Assembly (NCBI GenBank): GCA_040905715.1
Contig: JBBDRA010000002.1
Coordinates: forward strand, 101,968-165,967
DNA: 64,000 nucleotides
Direction of reading: 5' to 3'
Origin: Minisyncoccota bacterium
GTDB lineage: Bacteria > Patescibacteriota > Minisyncoccia > Phycocordibacterales > CSBR16-193
Position numbers and translations under genes: made by a program. Under the pieces are notes generated by a model. It was not told the origin of the DNA. It worked only from the letters and a program-made list of their open reading frames with translations, and did not search any database. Of this stretch, positions 10,367 to 20,826 are shown in pieces (position 1 is the first letter of the stretch; every line of letters starts with the position of its first letter).

Positions 10367-10804
10367 ATGCGTTTTCACGTCCCTCAATATATTGAAATAG
10401 AAAGCAAGCTGTTTGGACCGTTTACGCTCAAGCAGTTTATCTACCTCGCGGGTGGTATTGGCGCGAGTGTGGGGTTGTGGTTCGTGGTGCCGTATGCGGT
10501 CCTGTCTTTGCCGCTCATAGCTGCAGTTGCTTTGTTTTCATTTGCGCTTGCTTTCTACAAGGTTAATGAAAAGCCGTTCATTGAGGTGATGGAGGCTGCG
10601 TTTTACTATGCCGTAGGCTCAAAGCTCTATATTTGGGATCGGCACCGTAAAACCCCTACGAAGAAAGAAATCGCGGAGGCGGATAAGAAAGAGCAGGAGG
10701 CGAATGTGCCAAAACTGTCGAGCAGTAAGCTTAAAGATCTCACCTGGGACCTGGATACCAAGACCGGAGAGAAAGACGAAGATCTGTCAGATGAAACTAT
10801 TTGA
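10367..10804 (+). CDS. prgI: PrgI-family (VirB3-like) protein
   Basis: MRFHVPQYIEIESKLFGPFTLKQFIYL followed by two TM helices. Confidence 0.85.
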   Translation: MRFHVPQYIEIESKLFGPFTLKQFIYLAGGIGASVGLWFVVPYAVLSLPLIAAVALFSFALAFYKVNEKPFIEVMEAAFYYAVGSKLYIWDRHRKTPTKKEIAEADKKEQEANVPKLSSSKLKDLTWDLDTKTGEKDEDLSDETI

Positions 10805-10891
10805 TCAGTTGCATAACTAACATGTAACGCATACGAACAAGACTGAATTGTTCATCGTATCGATATGATACACTAGAGAAAGCTCATTATT

Positions 10892-11554
10892 ATGGCAAAA
10901 CGAAGCACTCCATCACAAGATTTTATTCCGATCAAAGAGATTCGCGACGACGTTGTGATACTCAAGAACGGATCCCTGCGGGCCATACTTATGACCTCAA
11001 CGGTTAACTTTGGTTTGAAATCAAAAGAAGAGCAGGAGTCTACGCTCTATCAATTCCAGAACTTTTTAAATTCTCTCGATTTTTCTACGCAGATCTGTGT
11101 TCAGTCCCGTCGACTTGATATTCGTCCGTACCTTCAGCTTCTTGCGGAACGTCAAAAAGAACAAGTGAACGAGCTTCTAAAGGTTCAAACAAAAGAATAT
11201 ATAGAATTCGTTAAGACCTTTACCGCCAAAACAAATATAATGGCGAAGCATTTTTACGTTATTGTGCCGTATACGCCAACTACAATATCGACTTCCGGCG
11301 GTGGTATTGCGGATAAATTAAAAGGGTTAGTTGGCATGGGCGGATCTGACGACGAGAAAGAGGAGGCAGCTGAGCAAACATTTGATCAGCAGCGAAGCCA
11401 GCTTGAGGCACGGCTGTCTGTTGTGGAGCAGGGATTGATCCGCTCCGGTGTTCGCAGTGCTCGGCTCGGTACCGATGAGTTGACTGAACTTTTTTACCAG
11501 ACCTTTAACCCGGGCGAGACCGATATTCCGGTCAATAAATCGGATGATGAATAA
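10892..11554 (+). CDS. TraC/VirB4 N-terminal-like protein
   Basis: NFGLKSKEEQE...FQNFLNSLDF...QSRRLDIRPYL; lies between prgI and virB4. Confidence 0.75.
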   Translation: MAKRSTPSQDFIPIKEIRDDVVILKNGSLRAILMTSTVNFGLKSKEEQESTLYQFQNFLNSLDFSTQICVQSRRLDIRPYLQLLAERQKEQVNELLKVQTKEYIEFVKTFTAKTNIMAKHFYVIVPYTPTTISTSGGGIADKLKGLVGMGGSDDEKEEAAEQTFDQQRSQLEARLSVVEQGLIRSGVRSARLGTDELTELFYQTFNPGETDIPVNKSDDE

Positions 11555-11577
11555 ATCGCGGTAATTGCACTATATAT

Positions 11578-13416
11578 ATGGGTATCCTTGGATTTGGAAA
11601 ATCAAAAAAAGAAGCATCTGACGACAGTCCGATCCTGCCACATCAATTAATGAACGCGGAGTCTTTGGAGCTCGAGGATATAATTGCCCCGAGTGCGCTT
11701 AAGATCACTCCGAAAGCGCTTCATCTCGGTAATAAGATCGTGCGGACACTGTTTGTGATCTCGTACCCGCGTTATCTTACCGAAAGTTGGTTCTCGCCGG
11801 TTATCAATCTAGATAAAGTTTTTGACGTATCGATCTTTATTCACCCGATCGAGACGAGTCAGATCCTGAAGAAGTTTCAGAAAAAAGTGGCAGAGGTGCA
11901 AAGTCAGATCCATGAGCGGGAAGATAAAGGGCTGGTACGTGATCCGCAACTTGACACTGCCTATCAGGATCTCGAGAATCTGCGTGACAAACTTCAGCAG
12001 GCGCAGGAACGTTTGTTCGATGTTGGGTTGTATCTCAGTATCTATGGAGACGATAAGGACGAACTGGATAAAATAGAATCAGAGATCCATTCGATCCTTG
12101 AGGCAAAACTTATTTACGTAAAACCGGCCCTGTTCCAGCAGGCGGAAGGTTTTCGTAGTGCGATCCCGATATCAACTGACGAGCTCGAAGTTCACTCAAA
12201 GTTGAATTCGACCCCGCTGTCGAGCATCTTTCCGTTTGTTTCGTTTGATCTCACGGCTGATTCAGGGATCTTGTACGGTGTTAACCGTCACAACTCAAGT
12301 CTTGTTCTGTTTGATCGCTACAGTCTTGAGAACTACAACTCAGTTACGCTCGCCAAGTCCGGTTCAGGTAAATCATACGGAACGAAACTCGAGATCCTTC
12401 GGTCACTTATGTTTGACACTGAGGTGATCGTGCTCGACCCGGAGCGCGAATACGAAAATCTCTCGGAAGCTGTTGGTGGTCGGTACTTTAATATCTCACT
12501 TACTTCCCAGCACCATATTAATCCGTTTGACCTGCCGGTGCCGACCGAAGACGAGTCTACCGCAAACATCATTCGCTCGAACATTATCCATCTGGTGGGT
12601 TTGTTCCGTATCATGATGGGTGGTTTGACGCCGGAGGAAGACGCGATTATCGATAAGGCGATCACGGAAACCTATGCTCTTAAGGATATTACCCCGGATG
12701 CTGATCTGACCAAGGTCGAAGCACCTTTGTTGTCGGACTTTGAGATGGTACTTTCGGGTATGGAAGGAGCCGAGTCGCTTTCGCAACGCCTTTCAAAGTA
12801 TACTGAAGGAACATGGGCTGGTTTTCTGAACCAGGCAACCAATGTGGATATCGAGCAGAAGTTCATCGTCTTTTCCCTGCGAGACATGGAGGACGAGTTG
12901 AAGCCGGTGGCGATGTACATCGTTACCCACCATATCTGGAATGCGATCCGTCGTCGCCTTCAGAAGCGATTGTTAGTGATCGACGAGGCGTGGTGGATGA
13001 TGAAATCTGAAGATACCGCTTCGTTCCTGCTTGGACTGGCGAAGCGAGGTCGAAAGTACTACCTTGGTCTGTCGACGATCACTCAAGATGTCGGTGACTT
13101 CCTCAAGTCTCCTTACGGCTTACCGATCATCACGAACTCATCGATGCAGTTTTTGATGAAGCAGTCGCCTTCCGGTGCGGAAAGACTTCAAGAGATCTTC
13201 CATCTTACTGAAGAGGAAAAATATCTCCTTATGGAGTCAGATGTTGGAGAAGGTATCTTCTTTGCCGGTATGAAGCATGTCGCGGTAAAAGTAATAGCCA
13301 GCTATACCGAAGATCAGATCATTACGTCTGACCCTTCTGAGATCATGGCGATCAAGAAGTCCAAAAAAGAATTTAATGAACAGGATAGTGACGAGAAGCA
13401 AGAACCGATCAATTAA
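11578..13416 (+). CDS. virB4: VirB4-like type IV secretion ATPase
   Basis: Walker A AKSGSGKS, LDPEREY, INPFD, Walker B LLVIDEAW, KRGRKY, ITQDV. Confidence 0.9.
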   Translation: MGILGFGKSKKEASDDSPILPHQLMNAESLELEDIIAPSALKITPKALHLGNKIVRTLFVISYPRYLTESWFSPVINLDKVFDVSIFIHPIETSQILKKFQKKVAEVQSQIHEREDKGLVRDPQLDTAYQDLENLRDKLQQAQERLFDVGLYLSIYGDDKDELDKIESEIHSILEAKLIYVKPALFQQAEGFRSAIPISTDELEVHSKLNSTPLSSIFPFVSFDLTADSGILYGVNRHNSSLVLFDRYSLENYNSVTLAKSGSGKSYGTKLEILRSLMFDTEVIVLDPEREYENLSEAVGGRYFNISLTSQHHINPFDLPVPTEDESTANIIRSNIIHLVGLFRIMMGGLTPEEDAIIDKAITETYALKDITPDADLTKVEAPLLSDFEMVLSGMEGAESLSQRLSKYTEGTWAGFLNQATNVDIEQKFIVFSLRDMEDELKPVAMYIVTHHIWNAIRRRLQKRLLVIDEAWWMMKSEDTASFLLGLAKRGRKYYLGLSTITQDVGDFLKSPYGLPIITNSSMQFLMKQSPSGAERLQEIFHLTEEEKYLLMESDVGEGIFFAGMKHVAVKVIASYTEDQIITSDPSEIMAIKKSKKEFNEQDSDEKQEPIN

Positions 13417-13422
13417 CCTTCC

Positions 13423-14115
13423 ATGCCAGAACCGCGCCCTTATAGCAACGATACGAGAAGAGAGACAGGTCCGGCACCGGTAGCGCCGGGAGGGGTTGGT
13501 CCTAAGATGGGAAATGAAGAGGATTTTGAAAAAGATTTCTCTCAAGAAAAGAAGTCTGCGGTAAAAGAGGGTGAGGGTGGGCAGCAAAAAAGATTACAAC
13601 AGCAAAAAACTGGAAGAGGGTCGCGTAAAGGTCGGGTTGCACAACGTGGTTTAACGCGGGCTCGCGCAAAAACTCGTCAGGCGCTTCGAGCGAGCCGAAG
13701 GCAGGAGCAGTTAGAGCAGAGCGTCTCCCAAACTCCAAAGAAAAAGCTGACAGGGTGGCCGTTCTACGTTGTTCTGTTTCTCGCGATCATTAAAGATATT
13801 GTTGACATTATCGTGACGATATTTGTAATCTCTTCAATTGCGAGTACAGCTGCTGCTGCGTTGCTTACCATTGTTATCGTTCCATACTATCTTTACAGCG
13901 GTGTTTTGCCGAAAACAAAGAAGGTTGTGATGTGGGTTATTACAGCTGTTATTGCGTATGTTCCGTTTCTCGCGGTTCTCCCTACGGCAACAATTAATGT
14001 TGTTTTGACACGGATCATGACGAACAATGAGCTTTTCCAGGCAGTGGCAAGCAAGGTAAGCGTAAAAGGAAACATCCGCCGAACCGCGCGTCGAAAAGCA
14101 CAGTCAGCAATGTAG
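13423..14115 (+). CDS. Hypothetical membrane protein
   Basis: Basic N-terminus followed by about three TM helices. Confidence 0.7.
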   Translation: MPEPRPYSNDTRRETGPAPVAPGGVGPKMGNEEDFEKDFSQEKKSAVKEGEGGQQKRLQQQKTGRGSRKGRVAQRGLTRARAKTRQALRASRRQEQLEQSVSQTPKKKLTGWPFYVVLFLAIIKDIVDIIVTIFVISSIASTAAAALLTIVIVPYYLYSGVLPKTKKVVMWVITAVIAYVPFLAVLPTATINVVLTRIMTNNELFQAVASKVSVKGNIRRTARRKAQSAM

Positions 14116-14167
14116 TGGATAATATGCTCACCCCACTTCTAAATAGACGTGATAGAATAACACTATA

Positions 14168-14899
14168 ATGCAAGCGATGAGCATAAAACATAAAGTATTT
14201 ACAGGTCTTGCGATAGCGCTTTTGCTAATACTTGCCCCAAGCGCTCTAGTTCAAGCGCAAGAAGTCGACGTGGATCTGATCTGGGAGGCAGAGTCGTATA
14301 CGCCGGTTTTGTATGACGGAAAATCACGCTATACACCGGGTGCGTCGGTAACACTGCAGGCAGTGCCGTATCGTGTCGGGACAGGTGAAACTATTGATCC
14401 AGCTGTTACAGAATTTACTTGGAAAGTTAATGGGCGACAGATGCGCCAGGGAGTGGGAGAAGATGCGTTTGTTTTCAATGGGTCTACGCAAAAAGAGCAC
14501 ACGATCTCGGTTACGCTAAGAAACAGTAATAAGATAAGTCAGTCAGTAACACTAAAACCATCAGCTCCGGAAGTTGTTTTGTATCCCGAAAGCCCTCTTT
14601 ACGGTACTCAGTCTGCATTTGCACTTATGGGAACATTTCACATGCGTGATCAAGAAGCAACTATTCGCGCCGTACCGTATTACTTCACGGTTGCGTCCGC
14701 GGTCGATCTAGGGCTCCTCTATCGCTGGAGTGTTAACGGAGAGGATATAGATCAGGATCTCACAGGAGACGATGCTTCCGCGTTAACCATGCGTGCCCCC
14801 GAAGGCAATGGATCGGCGCATCTCGGGTTAGAGGTGGAGAAGCAAAACTCACTGTATCATCTTGTCCGAGATCAGTTGAATGTCAGATACGGGCTATAG
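14168..14899 (+). CDS. Hypothetical secreted beta-rich protein
   Basis: Signal peptide; VDLIWEAESYTP-YDGK; two Ig-like WxVNG segments. Confidence 0.7.
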   Translation: MQAMSIKHKVFTGLAIALLLILAPSALVQAQEVDVDLIWEAESYTPVLYDGKSRYTPGASVTLQAVPYRVGTGETIDPAVTEFTWKVNGRQMRQGVGEDAFVFNGSTQKEHTISVTLRNSNKISQSVTLKPSAPEVVLYPESPLYGTQSAFALMGTFHMRDQEATIRAVPYYFTVASAVDLGLLYRWSVNGEDIDQDLTGDDASALTMRAPEGNGSAHLGLEVEKQNSLYHLVRDQLNVRYGL

Positions 14900-14912
14900 C
14901 TCATCGAGAGAC

Positions 14913-15740
14913 ATGAATACTTTATTTATTATAATAAAAAAACAGTATCAGATACTCGGGGGAGTGGTTCTTGCTTTTATACTTCCGGTGGTTACGTACG
15001 CTCAAAATGATTACGTGCCGTTGGTGCCACTACCAGGGATCGATGGGTCCGGAGGGATCGGGCTGGCAAATTACTTTCAGCAGATGTTCATTCTACTGCT
15101 TAGTTTAACCACGGTCTTCGCGGTGTTGATGATTGTGATTGGCGGATTGCAATACATGACGGCCGGGGACAATGCGAGCAAAGTATCTGGAGCAAAAGAA
15201 ACCATTCAAAATGCTTTATACGGCCTTTTTCTTGCTATCGGTGCCTGGCTCATTCTTTACACCATTAATCCGACCATCCTCAGCTTAACAATCGGGGGTG
15301 ACGAGATTGAGCATCAATCATCCTATGGGTTTATGCGCAATCGAGTGACAACAGCCACGGTGTCGTCTGATTGGATGGGAAACAATTTTTTTGAATATAT
15401 CGCCGGCGCGAGCGACCCGGAGGATGCCGCAATTCAACAGTGCCTCCAAAAAGCCGCACAAATAAATAATGTAAGGGACGAGTATAATATATATAATATT
15501 CAGTCCGGTATGTGCACCAATCCAGAACAGGTCACTCGATATGATGGAGCTGTTGGGTACATCGCTCGTTTTGATTATGCGCGCGTATTCCCCGATACCC
15601 GTTTCGGGCCTGAGCGGTATTTCTCGGATACCATTGAAGAATGCCGAAATCGGCGGGATACAATAATACAGTCAGCAGCGAACCTGGGCGTACCGGCGAG
15701 CGCTCTAGATGCTTCTAATTGTCAGCCGTACACTCATTAA
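14913..15740 (+). CDS. TrbC/VirB2-like pilin with C-terminal extension
   Basis: AVLMIVIGGLQYMTAG...AKETIQNALYGLFLAIGAWLILYTINP. Confidence 0.8.
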   Translation: MNTLFIIIKKQYQILGGVVLAFILPVVTYAQNDYVPLVPLPGIDGSGGIGLANYFQQMFILLLSLTTVFAVLMIVIGGLQYMTAGDNASKVSGAKETIQNALYGLFLAIGAWLILYTINPTILSLTIGGDEIEHQSSYGFMRNRVTTATVSSDWMGNNFFEYIAGASDPEDAAIQQCLQKAAQINNVRDEYNIYNIQSGMCTNPEQVTRYDGAVGYIARFDYARVFPDTRFGPERYFSDTIEECRNRRDTIIQSAANLGVPASALDASNCQPYTH

Positions 15741-15742
15741 AT

Positions 15743-17080
15743 ATGAAAAAGATCTTATACATCGCTGTGGTGCTTCTTGTTGTCGTTTGTGCGGCTGCTG
15801 TCGGTCTGTACGCATACCTACCAATCGGTGATGTGAATCCGGAGACCGGCGAGATAGTAAAGATCCAGGATTATTTGCCAATAGCAAATGATAGATCAGG
15901 TGATCCGGATTCTTCAGATGCGGGAGGTGATCAGACTCAGGATGAGGAAGGAGGTTCTCCGGCTGATACAACGTCTTCAGACGAAGAGACCTTACCGGCG
16001 CTGCGCGACCTTTCCGGAGAACCGGTTGCTGGTGCGATCGCGTTTGAGCAGACAGAGCAAGTAGGAACATCAACCCATGTATTTACTGAGATACGCTACA
16101 CGACGGTTGCACAAGGACACGTGCACAGTGCTCGGTCTGATCGGTCGGGTACCGACAGGGTTACCAATGAAACAAATCGAAAAACCGTTAATTCTGTCTG
16201 GACATCACCCGTTACCACAATTTTGCAGACAGTTGATACTAACAGGGATAGTATTACATCGCTGCTGGTTACGATCCACGATGAGCAGGCCACGTCATCC
16301 TCTCTGCGAGAGGTGAGTGGAAATTTTCTTAGCAACACTATTAAGAACATTGTCTCGGCACCAACCGGTGGTCAGATAGTCCTGATTCGATCGCAAGAGA
16401 GTGGTGGGGTTTCTGTTGAAGTAGGTCAGCCGGGAGAACAGATGACGGTGTTGTATACGACACCGCTGAGTGACTGGCAGATCGCATGGCCGGCTTCGGC
16501 ACAGGTTTTATTGACAACCAATCCGGGTGCTGGTGATGACGGATTCCTGTATTCGATCAATACGCAAAACGGCGCACGTACTCGATTGCTCGGTGGTATT
16601 GCCGGTCTGACAGTACGTATGAATTCGGGTGGTTCAAGGTTGCTTTACAATGAGAGTACGAGGAGCGGATTCCAGTTGTACAGCTACACTATTGAAACAG
16701 GTGAGAGCTCTGAACTTGTCACACACCAAACTCTGCCTGAGAAATGCACATGGAGTTCCGAGAGTTCAATAATTGCTTACTGCGGTGTTCCAAGAGAGGT
16801 TCCGTCTGCTCAGTATCCAGATGATTGGTATAAAGGTCGTGTGTCATTTGACGACCACCTAGCCCGGTTTAATGTCGAGACAGGAAAGGTTGAAATTCTT
16901 GAGGATCTCTCAGCAAAAATAGAAGGAGGTGGGGACGTTATCGAGCCCTTCCTCGGGCCCAACGAAGAGTATCTTTTCTTCACCAACAAAAAAGACGGTC
17001 ACTTGTGGAGCTACCGTCTCTCTGATTCAGAAGAGGCGGCTTCGACCAACTCTGGCTCTGAAGAGGGAGCTGATTTCTAG
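15743..17080 (+). CDS. Membrane-anchored beta-propeller-like protein
   Basis: N-terminal TM; repeated beta segments; TLPEKCTWS...YCGVP...YPDDWYKG...LFFTNKKDGHLWS. Confidence 0.7.
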   Translation: MKKILYIAVVLLVVVCAAAVGLYAYLPIGDVNPETGEIVKIQDYLPIANDRSGDPDSSDAGGDQTQDEEGGSPADTTSSDEETLPALRDLSGEPVAGAIAFEQTEQVGTSTHVFTEIRYTTVAQGHVHSARSDRSGTDRVTNETNRKTVNSVWTSPVTTILQTVDTNRDSITSLLVTIHDEQATSSSLREVSGNFLSNTIKNIVSAPTGGQIVLIRSQESGGVSVEVGQPGEQMTVLYTTPLSDWQIAWPASAQVLLTTNPGAGDDGFLYSINTQNGARTRLLGGIAGLTVRMNSGGSRLLYNESTRSGFQLYSYTIETGESSELVTHQTLPEKCTWSSESSIIAYCGVPREVPSAQYPDDWYKGRVSFDDHLARFNVETGKVEILEDLSAKIEGGGDVIEPFLGPNEEYLFFTNKKDGHLWSYRLSDSEEAASTNSGSEEGADF

Positions 17081-17090
17081 ACGTATTGAT

Positions 17091-17576
17091 CTAGTTGACT
17101 GAGGGCTCAGGTTCATCAGTATAGGTAATAACGACGTGACGCTTCTCGCCGACTCCTTCAGAGCATGTTTCGATGTCTGAGACATTGCTCAGTACGTCGT
17201 GGACCACGAAACGCTCGAACGAACTCATAGGCTCCATGGCGATGGAGTTTTTTAGTGAGCGAGCACGCTCAGCGCAAGCCGATGCTTTTTGCGTAAGTGC
17301 TTCGCGTGCGTGTTCACGGTGATAGTTTACGTCAATAGAAAAAACGGCCACATCAGGGCCGAGCTGTTTGCGTGCTATTTGGTGGACAAGGGTGTTTATT
17401 GCTTGCAAATGCGTGCCGTCTGAGCCGATCAGTTCCTTGTCGTTTTCTGCGCTGATCATGAATACCGGGCGGGTTTCATGATCGTGCATGGTGATATCGC
17501 TGTATGAGACGCTAAGAGCGCTCAGGAACCCCTCGATGATCCTCTGTATTTGCTGATTGGTGTCATCGGTCGGCAT
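17091..17576 (-). CDS. jag: Jag/KhpB KH + R3H RNA-binding protein
   Basis: LIGSDGTHLQAI, IDVNYHR, MEPMSSFERFVVH, SEGVGEKRHVVI; canonical position after yidC. Confidence 0.85.
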   Translation of the reverse strand: MPTDDTNQQIQRIIEGFLSALSVSYSDITMHDHETRPVFMISAENDKELIGSDGTHLQAINTLVHQIARKQLGPDVAVFSIDVNYHREHAREALTQKASACAERARSLKNSIAMEPMSSFERFVVHDVLSNVSDIETCSEGVGEKRHVVITYTDEPEPSVN

Positions 17577-17587
17577 AAGGGGTGGTG

Positions 17588-18490
17588 TTATCTATTTCTC
17601 TTTGCGTGCTTTTTCTTTCGTTTGTTTTTCTTTTGCGGTCGGGCTCCCGGGGTTTTTTGCTGCTCAGTACTTTGCGCGTGATTTTGTGCGTTAACCGCGT
17701 GTTCTGGTAGTGGGTCGGTAGTGTCGGGTGCTGACTCCGGGGTTTTTTCGGTGTCTTTCTGGTTTTGCATCTCTCGGCGTACTACGAGCTCCTGTCCAAG
17801 TGTGAAGAGGTTCGAGGTGATCCAGTAAAGCGCGATGGCGCCGGAGATGCTCCAGGCAATGAAAAAGACAATAACCGGGAAAACGTAGCGCATTTGTATG
17901 TTCATGCTGCGCATGAGGTCTTCTTTAAAGTTCGGCTCACTTGAGGTTTTCGGCTTGAGCGGAGGCATCGAGTAGCGGATCTGGAAAAAGCTCGTGATTG
18001 AAGCAAATACTGCCAGTACCCAGCTTTTACCGGCCAATGAGAGGAACGAAAGCCCGAATAATTGCACGGTTACCAACTCCGGTTCTTGAACAAAGGAGTA
18101 AAGAAGCTCTTGGTCGATCTCTGGCAGGCCGGTGCTTAAAAATATATGATACAGTGCAATAATGATCGGGAGCTGGATCAGGATAAGCAGAAAACTGGAG
18201 AACGGATTGATCCCTTTTTCCTTATAAAAGGCCATCATTTCCTGCGCTTGTGCCTGCTTGTCTTCTTTGTGCTTTTCCTTGATCTCTTTGAGCTCGTCTT
18301 CGTGTGAGCGCATCTTCATCTGCGTTTTGACTGCTTTTCGCGATAGCGGGAAAAGCAGGAGACGAACGAGTACCGTGAAGACGATAACCGCAAGTCCGGC
18401 ATCGCTCCATGGCAAGAACCACATTACAAAAACGAGGCCGTTATAAAGCGGCTCGTAGACAACGAAATTAAAAGCGTCAACGATAAACAT
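17588..18490 (-). CDS. yidC: Membrane protein insertase YidC
   Basis: VLVRLLLFPL, EMMAFYKEKGINPFSS, LIQLPIIIALY, ALYWITSNLF; start set at MFIVDAF. Confidence 0.93.
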   Translation of the reverse strand: MFIVDAFNFVVYEPLYNGLVFVMWFLPWSDAGLAVIVFTVLVRLLLFPLSRKAVKTQMKMRSHEDELKEIKEKHKEDKQAQAQEMMAFYKEKGINPFSSFLLILIQLPIIIALYHIFLSTGLPEIDQELLYSFVQEPELVTVQLFGLSFLSLAGKSWVLAVFASITSFFQIRYSMPPLKPKTSSEPNFKEDLMRSMNIQMRYVFPVIVFFIAWSISGAIALYWITSNLFTLGQELVVRREMQNQKDTEKTPESAPDTTDPLPEHAVNAQNHAQSTEQQKTPGARPQKKNKRKKKHAKRNR

Positions 18491-18622
18491 GCTCTCTACT
18501 CTAGCGCATCCGCAGGCTTTTTTCAATTTATCCGGTACACTCTTTAGGTTTACGTCAAAGGTGTGTCCAGCCACATGCACGCACGCGTGTACAGCAGGAC
18601 TAATCTAAAACGGGTGGAGTGA

Positions 18623-18970
18623 TTACCCGTTATATACTTTTGCTTTTCTTAGTATTTTCTCAAGGTCGGACGCGACCTCCTCCGAGGAGGCGTCGCGAAT
18701 AGATGATTTGGCGTATAAAGCAATTTTCCAGCCGTCCTGGGTGTGCCCCAAAAGGTCGTTGATGGCGTGGTGTACACGTCGTTTAATCCGATGACGTTCA
18801 ACTGCTCCTTTGGTTACTTTTTGAGAGATGATCACGGCAAACCGGGCAGGAGATGATTCAGTAGAAAGAGTGCGTGCAACAAAAAACGATGAGTGAGTTA
18901 CTCTCACTGCATCGTTTGTCTGCATCTCCTTAAGCATCTCGGTAGTGAGTCGTCGGCTACGGGGAAGCAT
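18623..18970 (-). CDS. rnpA: Ribonuclease P protein component
   Basis: MLPRSRRL, RFAVIISQKV-AVERHRIKRR; located between rpmH and yidC. Confidence 0.9.
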   Translation of the reverse strand: MLPRSRRLTTEMLKEMQTNDAVRVTHSSFFVARTLSTESSPARFAVIISQKVTKGAVERHRIKRRVHHAINDLLGHTQDGWKIALYAKSSIRDASSEEVASDLEKILRKAKVYNG

Positions 18971-19014
18971 GGGAAGAATATATACAGCTTTTAAACCGGG
19001 TCTTTAAGCTGCGG

Positions 19015-19158
19015 TTACACCGTAGAGAGCTTGGTGCGTCCTTTGCGACGTCGACGTCGCAGAATGTTTCGGCCGTCTGCTGTACGGGATCGTTTCCGAA
19101 AACCGTGCACTCGTGCACGCTTCTTTCGTTTCGGGTTGTAGGTTAGTCCTTGTGGCAT
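19015..19158 (-). CDS. rpmH: 50S ribosomal protein L34 (not in ORF track)
   Basis: Hand translation [47 protein letters not shown]. Confidence 0.95.
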   Translation of the reverse strand: MPQGLTYNPKRKKRARVHGFRKRSRTADGRNILRRRRRKGRTKLSTV

Positions 19159-19434
19159 GTGCATTGTTATATCATAGAAGCGAAGAGAGCTCAAGTCTTT
19201 TTATTTGTCTTTGTTGCGAGAAAAGGTACCGGGAAAAAGGTGCGACATTTATCACAAACAGTATTGCAGTGGGTAGCAGAAGTGTGTCCTGTATGCAATA
19301 CACACCTTGTGCACACGCTGTTCACAAAACCGGGCAAGCAAAAAAATGAGGAGCTTCTATAATGGCATCAACGAACATTTTATTATCAAGAGCTGGATGT
19401 GATACACTTACTGCCGTATGGAAACTGTGGACAA
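19159..19434. other. Probable oriC / dnaA promoter region with degenerate DnaA boxes
   Basis: rpmH-dnaA divergent interval; near-boxes TTTATCACA (19248), TTGTGCACA (19307), CTGTTCACA (19318), TGTGGACAA (19426). Confidence 0.5.
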
Positions 19435-20800
19435 TAAAAAACTATGGAACAGCGTCTTGGTTGAGATAGAGTTAAATGTTTCGAAAGCAAATTTTAACAC
19501 GTGGTTCAGAGACACGTATATTCTCAAGCAAGAAGAAGGGGTTATTTATCTGGCCACACCGAACACGTTCGTAAAAGAATGGCTATCTCACAAGTATCAC
19601 AATTTTGTCCTCCGTATTCTCCGCAACATCTCTCCTGACGTACGCTCTCTGGAGTATGTCATCACAAAGAATCAGCCGAAGAATCCGCCCCAGCAGTCAC
19701 ACACCTCTCCACAAACAGAGAAACTTGGCCAAGGACAATCTACAGCAGGAGAGTTGCCTCTTGAAGAGCATTACATCAATAAAGATGACAATCTGAACCC
19801 GCGATATGGCTTCGACACCTTTATTGTGGGTCCTTTCAATGAGCTTGCGTACGCTGCTTCTCAAGCGATCTTAAAACAGCCGGGAAGAATGTATAATCCG
19901 CTTTTTGTGTACGGCGATACCGGTCACGGCAAGACTCATTTGATTCAGGCGATCGGTAACGCGCTCAAGAATGAAGAGGGAACTGACCGCAAGATCTTTT
20001 ACGTTACCTCTGAACGTTTTGTGATCGACTACATTAACGCAATTCAGGCAAACAAAGTAACACCGTTCAAGGAAAAATATCGCAAGTACGATATTTTGAT
20101 CATGGATGACATTCAGTTCCTTTCGAACAAAGAGAAGACGCAAGAAGAGCTTTTTCACCTTTTCAATACACTCTACGACAACAACAAGCAGATCATTTTC
20201 TCGTCCGATAAACACCCGAACTATATACCTGGCTTGGAAGATCGACTAAAATCACGGTTTAGTGCCGGCATGATCGTGGATATTCCGGCTCCGGACGCAG
20301 AGTCACGGGCTGCAATTCTGCGCGAGAAAGCAAAGATGAATAATATTGAGCTTGACCCGGAGGTGGTCGAGCACATCGCCTTCTCGGTGGAAGGGAATGT
20401 ACGCGACCTTGAAGGGGTCATTAATACGGTTATGTGCCAGCAGGAGCTCAAAGGGAGACCGTTGAACGTAGGGGAGGTGAAACAGGTCATTAAGAGCAGC
20501 GAGAAGCCTAAGAAGACAATGTCAGCTGAAGAGATCATTAAGACGATCGCTAATTATTACAACATTGACGAGCAAGCAATTTACCAGAAAACACGTCGGA
20601 AAGAGGTAATAAAGCCTCGTCAGCTGATCATGTTTGTGATGCGTGAGGACTTTGGTTCCTCCTATCCTTCCATCGGCCAGAAGCTTGGCGGGCGGGATCA
20701 TACGACTGTTATTCATTCCTGCGAGAAAATACGAGGAGAGCTAAAAACAGACACCGCCCTTCACCAGGAACTGAATCAGATCCGTGCACTTATTTCGTAA
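19418..20800 (+). CDS. dnaA: Chromosomal replication initiator DnaA
   Basis: YNPLFVYGDTGHGKTHL, DDIQFL, QEELFHLFN, GGRDHTTVIHS. Confidence 0.98.
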   Translation: METVDNKKLWNSVLVEIELNVSKANFNTWFRDTYILKQEEGVIYLATPNTFVKEWLSHKYHNFVLRILRNISPDVRSLEYVITKNQPKNPPQQSHTSPQTEKLGQGQSTAGELPLEEHYINKDDNLNPRYGFDTFIVGPFNELAYAASQAILKQPGRMYNPLFVYGDTGHGKTHLIQAIGNALKNEEGTDRKIFYVTSERFVIDYINAIQANKVTPFKEKYRKYDILIMDDIQFLSNKEKTQEELFHLFNTLYDNNKQIIFSSDKHPNYIPGLEDRLKSRFSAGMIVDIPAPDAESRAAILREKAKMNNIELDPEVVEHIAFSVEGNVRDLEGVINTVMCQQELKGRPLNVGEVKQVIKSSEKPKKTMSAEEIIKTIANYYNIDEQAIYQKTRRKEVIKPRQLIMFVMREDFGSSYPSIGQKLGGRDHTTVIHSCEKIRGELKTDTALHQELNQIRALIS

Positions 20801-20826
20801 AAGAGAAGAATTAATAAACACTATCT

